Shown piece after piece: positions 7,108-15,656 of a DNA stretch of 18,489 nucleotides. The stretch covers positions 1 through 18,489 of the forward strand of contig JBHLOC010000063.1 in NCBI GenBank assembly GCA_048940925.1, given 5' to 3'. Origin of the DNA: Promethearchaeota archaeon. GTDB lineage: Archaea > Asgardarchaeota > Lokiarchaeia > Sigyniarchaeales > SOKP01. The first letter of the stretch is position 1; each line of letters opens with the position of its first letter. The notes beneath the pieces were generated by a model. It had not been told where the DNA came from and ran no database searches. It was given only the letters and a program-made list of their open reading frames with translations. Position numbers and translations under genes: made by a program.

Positions 7108-8055
7108 ATGTCAAATAAAATTAGGAATTTTTTAAACCTTCTACGTATCCGGCAATATTACAAAAACACAATGATCTTTGTGGGGATTTTTTTCAGTGAA
7201 AGACTCCTTGAAACAGATCTCTATTTTAAACTTTTAATAGGCTTTATTCTGTTATGTCTCTCGTCGTCCTTTAACTATATTATTAATGATATAAGAGACA
7301 TAGAAAATGATAGAAAACATCCAGAAAAAATTAAAAAGAAACCTCTAGCATCAGGAGACATCTCTATAACTTTCGCTTTATTATTATTAATTGTAATAGG
7401 AGGAATAGTTATTTCATCGTTAATTTTTCTGGTTCAAAATTTAGGTTTTGCATTTATGATAATTTCTATTATTATCACAGGTCAACTTTATAATCATCTT
7501 TTTAAATATTATGCTTTTATCGATATTCTTATTCTATCTACAGGATATTTATGGAGGGCTTTAGCAGGATGTGCAATAATAGAAGAATACGTTTCTGCTT
7601 GGTTGTTTTTAGCCATTTTTGAGGTAGCAATGTTTTTAAGTATCGCAAAAAGAAAAGGAGATCTGAATATTCTTGGAAAAGATGAAGCTGTTAGGCATAA
7701 AAAAATTTATGATCAATACTCTCTCAAGTTATTAGACCAATTTCATATAATCATTGCAGGATCATTATTTATGACGTATTCTCTATATCTTCTTATTAAT
7801 TTTAATCTTATCAATTTCAATTCAACCGAAACTACAAATGCTAATTTTCATGAATATATTTCAATTTTTACCATTCCAATTTCACTCTATATAATTATGC
7901 GTTATATGTACCTTACCTCTACAAAGCCAGAAATCGCTAGAAATACTGAAAAAGCCTTTATGGACAAAGGTATAATAATTGCTAGTGCTTTTCTATTTGT
8001 AATATTACTGTATTCATTTTATTTTGATGTAGTTCTTGACTTTTTTAAAAAATAA
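7108..8055 (+). CDS. ubiA: UbiA-superfamily prenyltransferase of the decaprenyl-phosphate phosphoribosyltransferase (DPPR synthase)-like subfamily, 315 aa
   Basis: LLRIRQYYKN, SSFNYIINDIRDIENDRKHPEK.KKKPLASG and the downstream KR.GDL motif are typical of the polyprenyl-phosphate:PRPP phosphoribosyltransferase subfamily; about 9 TM helices. Confidence 0.85.
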   Translation: MSNKIRNFLNLLRIRQYYKNTMIFVGIFFSERLLETDLYFKLLIGFILLCLSSSFNYIINDIRDIENDRKHPEKIKKKPLASGDISITFALLLLIVIGGIVISSLIFLVQNLGFAFMIISIIITGQLYNHLFKYYAFIDILILSTGYLWRALAGCAIIEEYVSAWLFLAIFEVAMFLSIAKRKGDLNILGKDEAVRHKKIYDQYSLKLLDQFHIIIAGSLFMTYSLYLLINFNLINFNSTETTNANFHEYISIFTIPISLYIIMRYMYLTSTKPEIARNTEKAFMDKGIIIASAFLFVILLYSFYFDVVLDFFKK

Positions 8056-8112
8056 TATATTAAATATATTTTTATATTTTTCATCAAAGAATATCTTTGA
8101 AAAATAGATAAT

Positions 8113-9312
8113 TTAATTAAAATGAGAATCCAGATATGATATTGCATCATAACATATTTCTAAACAATCATTTAAATTCTTATTGGAACATTTATCGGGT
8201 GTATCGCTCTTGGAGTGAATATATTTTGAATCTTTATCTGAATGAAAGCAAGCGATTTGAAACTTCTTTTTTGTTCTCCTTCTAAAAATACGAAAAGATT
8301 GGTAATCACTTTTTGGTCTGAAGATTTTGTCAAATCTATCTAATGGGATATCTAATTTATTCGCAGATGCTTGTAAAATATCATTTAATTCAGTACTTAT
8401 TGATTTTTTAAGTATTAATCCCGTTTTATCTAAAAGCCCAATATAACTACCAACCATATCTATATTAATATTAATTGATCTCTCTAGATTGTATTGTTCC
8501 TTAAAATCCTTATAGTGTTTCTTACAAAATTTTCTCGAACCTTTTAAACCCCACTCCTCTGCTCCACACCATATAAAAAAAACTTCAAAATTATTAAGGG
8601 GTTGGTTTTTGATAATTTTTGATAATTCTATTAAAATAGAAACACCACTTGCATTATCAATTGAACCAGCTGATTTATTAGAAGTGAAAATGAAAAGGAA
8701 AATTGGTATTAATACACTCAATGTAACAAGTGAAAGAATACTAATCAGATAGATTATAAAATTATTTAAGTAAGTAACTGAAAGTATGTTGAGAGTCAAC
8801 CAAATTGAGATGAATATTGATAATCCAATATATGGAAAAATTATTAATTTAATAATGACCAATAATATTCTCTGCACTTTATATGGCACCCTTGATGAAA
8901 CAGAATCATAGTGAGCGGTAAAAATAATTATAGGGGAACTAATTTTGTCTTTTTTAGCTGAAATTTTAGCTATTACATTCTTAGATTCTTCTTTCTTCAC
9001 TAATGAAATTCTACGTGTTTTTTGAAACATATATTTAATAAAAAAAAACAATACAATGATTAAAAATAGACGAAACACTAACAAATAGCCTATTGCCATT
9101 AAGTAGATAGTCTTCATTAACAGATTTATTGGAGTATTCCATGAAAAGTATTCTGCTCGAGATTCAATCTTACCTAAATTTAATTCCTCTTGTATATAAT
9201 TAATTGCTTTGGTTTCTCCTACACTTGCTGCTGAGCGATCAAATGCTAAAGCCTCCACATGGCTTAGTATATCTAATTCTTCTTTTAATTTTTGATTTGA
9301 AATAATTGTCAT
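8113..9312 (-). CDS. M28-family zinc peptidase with internal transmembrane segments, 399 aa
   Basis: AHYDS, GSIDNASG, GAEEWGLKGS, NIDMVG, SDYQSF and IHSKSDTPD make a full M28 metal-ligand set; hydrophobic inserts at ~63-96 and ~149-210. Confidence 0.88.
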   Translation of the reverse strand: MTIISNQKLKEELDILSHVEALAFDRSAASVGETKAINYIQEELNLGKIESRAEYFSWNTPINLLMKTIYLMAIGYLLVFRLFLIIVLFFFIKYMFQKTRRISLVKKEESKNVIAKISAKKDKISSPIIIFTAHYDSVSSRVPYKVQRILLVIIKLIIFPYIGLSIFISIWLTLNILSVTYLNNFIIYLISILSLVTLSVLIPIFLFIFTSNKSAGSIDNASGVSILIELSKIIKNQPLNNFEVFFIWCGAEEWGLKGSRKFCKKHYKDFKEQYNLERSININIDMVGSYIGLLDKTGLILKKSISTELNDILQASANKLDIPLDRFDKIFRPKSDYQSFRIFRRRTKKKFQIACFHSDKDSKYIHSKSDTPDKCSNKNLNDCLEICYDAISYLDSHFN

Positions 9313-9556
9313 ATTTCTTATAATTTTTTCCTTATTACTTTAATGAATAAATATTTTATTCAAACTTTAATCTTTTACTTATGATATTGAAATAAAGCTT
9401 TCATTGATCTCATATAGAATTCTTATTAAATTACGTTTTTTTACTCACTAGAATTATTACTCATCATGCTAATAAATTTTGTATTCGATATTTAATTTTC
9501 TTTCTTTTGTTCTTCTTTATCTTTATAATATTGTTTCACATCCGAAAAAAAAGGAT

Positions 9557-9573
9557 AAAACTTATAAAGTTTT
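9557..9573 (+). promoter_or_regulatory. Candidate dppA promoter TATA box within a palindrome
   Basis: AAAACTT-ATA-AAGTTTT inverted repeat containing CTTATAAA with a purine-rich upstream run, 72 nt before ATG 9646. Confidence 0.35.
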
Positions 9574-9645
9574 GAATTTAAAACAATACTTAACACTAAT
9601 TTTCATAAAAAAATCTTTCTAAAATATCATTTAAGTGATAAAAAT

Positions 9646-11340
9646 ATGGAAATGGAAAAGAAAAATTTAGCAATAATAATTTTAGCTGTAGCCTTAGCTG
9701 CATCTGGAATCGGAAATATATTATTTGCAGTACTTGGTGGTTTTATTGAAGTTACGGAGCCAGAAGAATTACCTACTACTCTCATTTTTGGTACCGGTAG
9801 CGGTCCTTTAGATGCTGATCCTCAATATTTATGGGATAGTGCCTCATTTGACTTTGCCTTTCAAATTTGGGAGGGCTTGTATATATATAACTTTACTGAT
9901 CCAAGTCTCGAAATAATTCCTGGTCTTGCAACTGATTTTGGTACGTGGGTAGGTAATAACCATACCGTAACTCTTAAGCAAGGTATTACATTTCATTCAG
10001 GTTATAGATTTAATGCCACATCCGTTAAATTTACATTTGATAGATTAAACTACTTATGTAATTTTTCAGGTGATCAGGGTGAAACCGATACCATATATGG
10101 TGAAACTGCTATTTCGGTGTTATATATGTGGCCTGATGGTACCCCTGTTCTGAATAGAACAGAAATTATTAGTGAATATCAAGTTAAATTTGTATTAAAC
10201 AGGCCATTTGGTGTATGGATACCATTATTGACCTTTACGGGCTCAATGATGCTCGATCCTACAGTAACTCCTGCGGATGATTATATATGTGATGGTATGT
10301 CAGGAGCAACTTCAGAAACCATCTCTGGAACCGGTCCGTTCAAATTCGATTACTATGTTGCTGGTGTTGAGGCACGATATAGTAGAAATGATGACTATCG
10401 ATTAGGTCCTGCAGAAATTGAAGCGGTAGTATTTTCTGTTATTACAGATCCAGATGCTAGAAATACTGCTATGTTAAATGGGGATGTGCATCTGTTGGAT
10501 GCGCCTGCTCCTGGATACTATGATCTCTTTCGGGCTGAAAGTAAATTGACATTCTTCGAGGCGGGTAGTAATACAATTACCCAATATCTAGGAATGAATA
10601 ATGTACTTTACAACAACTGGACGAGATATGCAATTTCTTATGCGGTTGACTATGATTATTTCATAACTAACATAATGGAAGGAGAAGCTTCAAGATTAAA
10701 ATCACCAATTCCTAATGGTATTGCGTATGCAAATGATTCATTTGATGCTCCTACCTTTAATCTTACGAAAGCAAGGGAGTATATGGTAGCTCAGGGTTAT
10801 GGAGACATGGGCTGGACCGATACCCAATGGCGACAATCTAGCTTCATAACGATGAACTATACCTATAATACGGATAATCCAGTTCGAGTAGCTTTCTCAG
10901 ATCAAATAATAGATAACTTAGATCGGATCGGAATTGTTGTAGAAGATAACCCCTTAGAATGGGGTGATTATAAAGTATATCTTTACGGTCTCGGAGTAGC
11001 TGGATATATGAGGTTATCCTTATGGTTTATCGGATGGATGCCTGATTATAATGATCCAAGTAATTTCGTTAATTCATTAATGTCGAACGTTTCATCTTCA
11101 AACACTGCCCAAATCAATGATCATTTATTAGAAACTTATATGGAAATGGGTTTATCAGAGACTGACCCGGTTGCAAGAGAGAAAATTTACGATGACCTAC
11201 AAAAATACACTGTTGAAGTCTTACGACCTTGGGTTTATATGTATACTGCATTAAACAAAGATGTATGGGTAGATGCATTACATGGCTATCCAAGCAATCC
11301 TATGGGCTACAACTACTTCTATCCGTGCTATTTTGAATAG
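9646..11340 (+). CDS. dppA: Peptide/nickel ABC transporter substrate-binding protein (SBP family 5, DppA/OppA-like), 564 aa
   Basis: N-terminal hydrophobic anchor; DP..lwD..S......IWEGLY, PGLATD, LKQGITFHSG.RFNA.SVKFTFDR, GTGPFKF, RYAISYAVD and GWMPDYNDPSNF. Confidence 0.92.
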   Translation: MEMEKKNLAIIILAVALAASGIGNILFAVLGGFIEVTEPEELPTTLIFGTGSGPLDADPQYLWDSASFDFAFQIWEGLYIYNFTDPSLEIIPGLATDFGTWVGNNHTVTLKQGITFHSGYRFNATSVKFTFDRLNYLCNFSGDQGETDTIYGETAISVLYMWPDGTPVLNRTEIISEYQVKFVLNRPFGVWIPLLTFTGSMMLDPTVTPADDYICDGMSGATSETISGTGPFKFDYYVAGVEARYSRNDDYRLGPAEIEAVVFSVITDPDARNTAMLNGDVHLLDAPAPGYYDLFRAESKLTFFEAGSNTITQYLGMNNVLYNNWTRYAISYAVDYDYFITNIMEGEASRLKSPIPNGIAYANDSFDAPTFNLTKAREYMVAQGYGDMGWTDTQWRQSSFITMNYTYNTDNPVRVAFSDQIIDNLDRIGIVVEDNPLEWGDYKVYLYGLGVAGYMRLSLWFIGWMPDYNDPSNFVNSLMSNVSSSNTAQINDHLLETYMEMGLSETDPVAREKIYDDLQKYTVEVLRPWVYMYTALNKDVWVDALHGYPSNPMGYNYFYPCYFE

Positions 11341-11374
11341 GGAAACGCAACACTTAAGAAAATCAAAAATTTAA

Positions 11375-11386
11375 TTTTTTTTTTTT
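11375..11386 (+). terminator. Oligo-T archaeal intrinsic terminator candidate after dppA
   Basis: T12 run 34 nt after the dppA stop, followed by further T-rich sequence. Confidence 0.55.
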
Positions 11387-11661
11387 AATTTATTTTTCAT
11401 TATTTATATCTTAATATCTTAAATATCATTCCAAAACTATCTTCCTAGAAATCTAATTTATATCTAACTCCGAATATTTCAACTTATGAAACACTATTCT
11501 GACAGAATCAAAAAAATATAGAATAATTAATAAAGAACCGATCATTGATGCACCTAATTTTAAAAACCTATCTACAGTTTTCTACGTACAGTAATTGGTC
11601 TTAAACTTTCTAATACCATATAAGTTATAAAAGAAAATGCAATTATAAGAGGAGATTATCA

Positions 11662-12231
11662 ATGTCAGTGATCGGTTATAGCGCAATTATGTTCGGTGTA
11701 ATATTCATTATTTTAGGTCTGGCAACAGTACTATATTATATTGCTATTTGGTTTAAAGCTAATGAGAATTTTAAAATAAACTTTGCAAGACAAGGAAATT
11801 TCATTGTGGCAATCTTAATGCTTCATTTTCTTTTTTATGGATTTATTGCTAACGAATTTGGGAAAGATATTGGGGAAGATATATTGTTTACATATAAAAT
11901 CCTATTTAGTCCGCAATCTTGGTTCTCCCTTTTTATCCTGATTGCAATTATCTTCTTTGTAGTATTAAGAGAACATTTTTTTGAGTATGGAATTAGGAAC
12001 AGTATAATGCTTACTCCTATTATAATAGGAATGTCATGGTTCTGGTATTGGTTTATTGTGGAATTTGATGTCACTATCATTCCACTATATTTTATTAGAG
12101 CTGAAGCTTATTTAACAATTATTACCATTTTAGGTATTAACTTTGCTTCAGCCATTCTTGCCTCTATTTTAAAACAAATATATAAAGAATATATTAAAAC
12201 TACTAAAGGATTAATTATTATAGAAGAATAA
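11662..12231 (+). CDS. Uncharacterised integral membrane protein (~5 TM), 189 aa, inside the dpp locus
   Basis: Open frame with GAGGAG SD (11649-11654), about five hydrophobic helices, same strand and 32 nt before the probable dppB ATG; no motif recognised. Confidence 0.75.
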   Translation: MSVIGYSAIMFGVIFIILGLATVLYYIAIWFKANENFKINFARQGNFIVAILMLHFLFYGFIANEFGKDIGEDILFTYKILFSPQSWFSLFILIAIIFFVVLREHFFEYGIRNSIMLTPIIIGMSWFWYWFIVEFDVTIIPLYFIRAEAYLTIITILGINFASAILASILKQIYKEYIKTTKGLIIIEE

Positions 12232-12263
12232 TATAAAATTAAAAAAATGACTAGGTGAAGTAT

Positions 12264-13280
12264 ATGAGTGTAATTAAATTTGTATTTAGGAGGTTTTTAG
12301 CTCTAATACCTGTTTTATTTGGAGTATTGCTACTTACTTTTATACTATCAAGATCAATGCCAGGAGATCCTATATTAGCTCATATTCCTCAACAATACAC
12401 TCGGGAACAGTATTTAGATATGAAACATCGACTTGGATTCGATAAACCCTTATGGGAACAATTTTTTATTTATATCGGAAATTTATTTTCAGGAAATTGG
12501 GGTGTTTCTGTGTCAATTAATAAAGGTCAAGAAGTCTGGGATCTTACTTGGGAACGATTTCCTAGGACAATAGATATCACCATATTTGCTATGATAATTG
12601 CCGCTTTTATCGGAATTAAAACAGGAGTTATTTCAGCCACTCATAGAAATAAAGGAAGAGATACAATTTTAAGAGGTTTGGCTCTTGTTGGGGTATCGAT
12701 ACCAGTTTTCTGGTTAGGTTTAATTCTACAATTGACGTTAGCTTACAGATTGGGTCTATTTCCAGCTGTTGGGTTCAAAAAATTAAGTTATACTGATCCT
12801 GAATTTGTGACTGGCTTTAGGATAATTGATTCCCTAATATCGGGGGAATGGTACTTTATTTGGGATTACTTATACCATCTTGCATTGCCAGTATTGTGTT
12901 TATCTTTTATCACTCTCGCATCAATTACTAGACAAACCCGTTCTAGTATGTTAGAAGTTCTACAGCAGGATTATGTGAGAACTGCTAGAGCAAAAGGATG
13001 CAGAGAGAAAGATGTTATAAATAAGCATGCTAAAAGAAATGCTTTGATCCCTACAGTTACTGTCATAGGTCTGAATATTGGTGGTTTATTAGGGGGAGCA
13101 ATTTTAACCGAAACAACCTTTTCCTTACACGGGTTGGGCGAATTGTTGATGCGAGCAATTTTGGATAACGATTATTATGTAATCAACGCAATCGTATTTT
13201 TAACAACTCTTATATTCATTTTTGTCAATCTATTTACAGATCTAATATATGCCTATTTAGATCCACGTATAAAATATTAA
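12264..13280 (+). CDS. dppB: Peptide ABC transporter permease DppB/OppB
   Basis: MPGDP, GFDKPLWEQF, SIPVFWLGL, TRSSMLEVLQQDYVRTARAKG (EAA loop), LYAYLDP-type end IYAYLDPRIKY. The track GTG at 12255 lies within an AGGTGA SD (12253-12258), so ATG 12264 is preferred. Confidence 0.95.
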   Translation: MSVIKFVFRRFLALIPVLFGVLLLTFILSRSMPGDPILAHIPQQYTREQYLDMKHRLGFDKPLWEQFFIYIGNLFSGNWGVSVSINKGQEVWDLTWERFPRTIDITIFAMIIAAFIGIKTGVISATHRNKGRDTILRGLALVGVSIPVFWLGLILQLTLAYRLGLFPAVGFKKLSYTDPEFVTGFRIIDSLISGEWYFIWDYLYHLALPVLCLSFITLASITRQTRSSMLEVLQQDYVRTARAKGCREKDVINKHAKRNALIPTVTVIGLNIGGLLGGAILTETTFSLHGLGELLMRAILDNDYYVINAIVFLTTLIFIFVNLFTDLIYAYLDPRIKY

Positions 13281-13314
13281 AAAAGTCTAAATAATATAAA
13301 AAAAGGAAGAGAAA

Positions 13315-14316
13315 ATGGAAGAAGTATATGAAGAACAGGAGTTAATTGAGGAGAGAAAAAAAGAGAGTCCAGCTAGGAAAGTTCTCTCATGGACAGGCTC
13401 TAATCTGAAATTTCTTTTTTTGCCTGGTTATAGATTAGAAGAACTTACAAATCGACAAGAAATTTATGAAAAAACTGTAAGTAAAAGAAAATTTATACGA
13501 AGACTAAAATCAACCCTTACAATAATTGGTATAATCCTCATTTTTGTAGTTATCAGTTTTGCAGTCTTCGCTCCATGGATATCTCCCTATACCTTTCTGG
13601 AAGCTAAAGGTATTTATGAACCTTGGTTTGCTCCTGCTTCTCCGGGACATCCCTTAGGAACAACACAATTTGGAAGAGATGTATTAGCAAGAATGATATG
13701 GGGGGCGAGATCATCTTTAACCCTCGCGTTGCCAGCCATTACATTGAGTGTAGTCGCAGGTACGTTTTTTGGTATTATTGCTGCTTATTATGGTGGATGG
13801 ATTGATGCAGTCATTATGAGAATTGCTGATATTCTTTTTGCATTTCCGGGATTAATACTTGCAATCGTTATAATAGGAATATTAGGTCGACAAATGCAAT
13901 TCATAATTTTAGCATATGGAATACTTGGAATTCCTTATTATGCAAGGTTAATTAGAGGAAATGTACTACAAGCTAGAGAGCTTCCCTATGTGGAAGCTGC
14001 CAAAGTTGCTGGAGCAGGAAGATGGAGAATAATGTTTAGACATATAATGCCAAATACTATTCAACCAATTATTATTTCGTTTACATTTGATATAGGTGGA
14101 GTTATTTTAAGTTTTGCAGGTTTAGCATTTTTAGGTTATAGCGATCCTAAAATGGTTGAATGGGGTAGAGATATCGATATTGGCCGTGCACATATAGTTG
14201 ATGCACCTTGGGCATCATTATGGCCTGGAATGATGATTGTTATAACCGTTTTGGGTTTTATGTTAGTAGGTGATGGACTTAGGGATGCATTAGATCCTAG
14301 ACTTCGAAACTTATAA
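13315..14316 (+). CDS. dppC: Peptide ABC transporter permease DppC/OppC, 333 aa
   Basis: HPLGTTQFGRDVLARMIWGARSSL, YVEAAKVAGA (EAA loop), GDGLRDALDPR; N-terminal charged extension. Confidence 0.95.
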   Translation: MEEVYEEQELIEERKKESPARKVLSWTGSNLKFLFLPGYRLEELTNRQEIYEKTVSKRKFIRRLKSTLTIIGIILIFVVISFAVFAPWISPYTFLEAKGIYEPWFAPASPGHPLGTTQFGRDVLARMIWGARSSLTLALPAITLSVVAGTFFGIIAAYYGGWIDAVIMRIADILFAFPGLILAIVIIGILGRQMQFIILAYGILGIPYYARLIRGNVLQARELPYVEAAKVAGAGRWRIMFRHIMPNTIQPIIISFTFDIGGVILSFAGLAFLGYSDPKMVEWGRDIDIGRAHIVDAPWASLWPGMMIVITVLGFMLVGDGLRDALDPRLRNL

Positions 14317-14347
14317 CAATTTTTGTACATTAAAAAAACTAAGTGAA

Positions 14348-15628
14348 ATGGGAAAAATAATGGGTATAACAGAAGACAAGTATAATATTCCTGATAAAAA
14401 TAATCAAATAATGACAGTGAAGGCTAAATCTTCAGAACTTATCCTTAAATTAGAAAATCTAAAAACATATTTCTATACAGAGGAAGGAGTCGTTAAAGCT
14501 GTTGATGGTGTTTCATTTGATATATATAAAGACGAAGTGCTAGGTCTTGTAGGTGAAACTGGCTGTGGTAAATCAGTTACAGCGCTTTCTATTGTACGTC
14601 TTGTAAGAGATCCCGGAAAAATCATCGATGGCAAAATTATTTATAAGGGAACTTCCCTTTTAGATTTATCTGAACAAGAAATGAGAGCGCATCGTGGTAA
14701 GGATATAACTATGATTTTTCAAGATCCACTAAATTCTCTTAATCCCGTAATTTCGGTTGGAGAACAGGTAATGGAAGTATTTAGATTGCACCAATTAGAT
14801 GAGGTTAAGAAAGATCTTGATGATCGCCTCCTTCAAAGAAGGAATCTGAGAAATAGAATAAAAGAACTAAAGATCCTTCTTAAAGAAAATGAACTATCAA
14901 AGGAAGAAAAAGAAAAAATTGAGCAAGAAATAATAGAACTAAAAGAAGAAACGCGACACATACCGATTCTGAAAGATATTCTTTCAGAAAGAGCTGAAAG
15001 AATTATAAAAGAAATAGGAATTCCGGATGCAAAAGGAATCCTAAAAAGATATCCTCATGAATTAAGCGGGGGTATGAGACAGCGTGTTATGATTGCAATG
15101 GGTTTATCATGCAATCCTTCACTTTTAATAGCTGATGAGCCTACCACTGCGTTAGATGTTACAATTCAAGCTCAAATTCTTGATTTAATGAAAGACTTAA
15201 AATTAAGATTTAAAACATCAATTCTTATAATTACACATGATTTAGGAATAATTGCTGAATTGTGTGATAGAATTGCTGTTATGTATAGTGGAAATATTGT
15301 AGAATATGCAACAGCCGAAGATTTATTTAAAAATCCAAGACATCCATATACAAAAGGATTAATAGGTGCGATTCCAAGCATAGAAAAGAAAAATCAAAAG
15401 CTCCAAACTATTCGAGGTATGGTACCGAATCTCATTTATCCGCCATCAGGATGTAGATTCCATCCTCGATGTGATTATAGAATGGAAATCTGTGATAAAG
15501 TAAAACCTCAATTGACAGAAATAGCTGATAGATATTTTGTAGCCTGCCATCTTTTTGATCCAAGATATAAAGATTCACCTAAATATATTCTATCTGAAAA
15601 AGAAGATGAGGTTTTATATAAAGTATAA
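14348..15628 (+). CDS. dppD: Peptide ABC transporter ATP-binding protein DppD/OppD with coiled-coil insertion, 426 aa (start may be 14360)
   Basis: Walker A GETGCGKS, Q-loop IFQDP, signature LSGGMRQR, Walker B LLIADEPT, H-loop ITHD, C-terminal GCRFHPRC...C...C motif. Confidence 0.95.
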   Translation: MGKIMGITEDKYNIPDKNNQIMTVKAKSSELILKLENLKTYFYTEEGVVKAVDGVSFDIYKDEVLGLVGETGCGKSVTALSIVRLVRDPGKIIDGKIIYKGTSLLDLSEQEMRAHRGKDITMIFQDPLNSLNPVISVGEQVMEVFRLHQLDEVKKDLDDRLLQRRNLRNRIKELKILLKENELSKEEKEKIEQEIIELKEETRHIPILKDILSERAERIIKEIGIPDAKGILKRYPHELSGGMRQRVMIAMGLSCNPSLLIADEPTTALDVTIQAQILDLMKDLKLRFKTSILIITHDLGIIAELCDRIAVMYSGNIVEYATAEDLFKNPRHPYTKGLIGAIPSIEKKNQKLQTIRGMVPNLIYPPSGCRFHPRCDYRMEICDKVKPQLTEIADRYFVACHLFDPRYKDSPKYILSEKEDEVLYKV

Positions 15629-15656
15629 TTAAATAATTAAGAAAAACTTGATGTAA

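Noticed and set aside
11341-11661. 321-nt intergenic gap as possible ncRNA
   Set aside because: AT-rich with no convincing stems or C/D box pair; explained by a terminator plus promoter space.
11835-12080. 81-aa minus-strand ORF
   Set aside because: Antisense to the 189-aa membrane gene, which has an SD and operon context.
13623-14330. ORFs 13623-13805 (+) and 14136-14330 (-)
   Set aside because: Both overlap the well-conserved dppC; no independent support.
15172-15381. 69-aa minus-strand ORF
   Set aside because: Antisense shadow of dppD.
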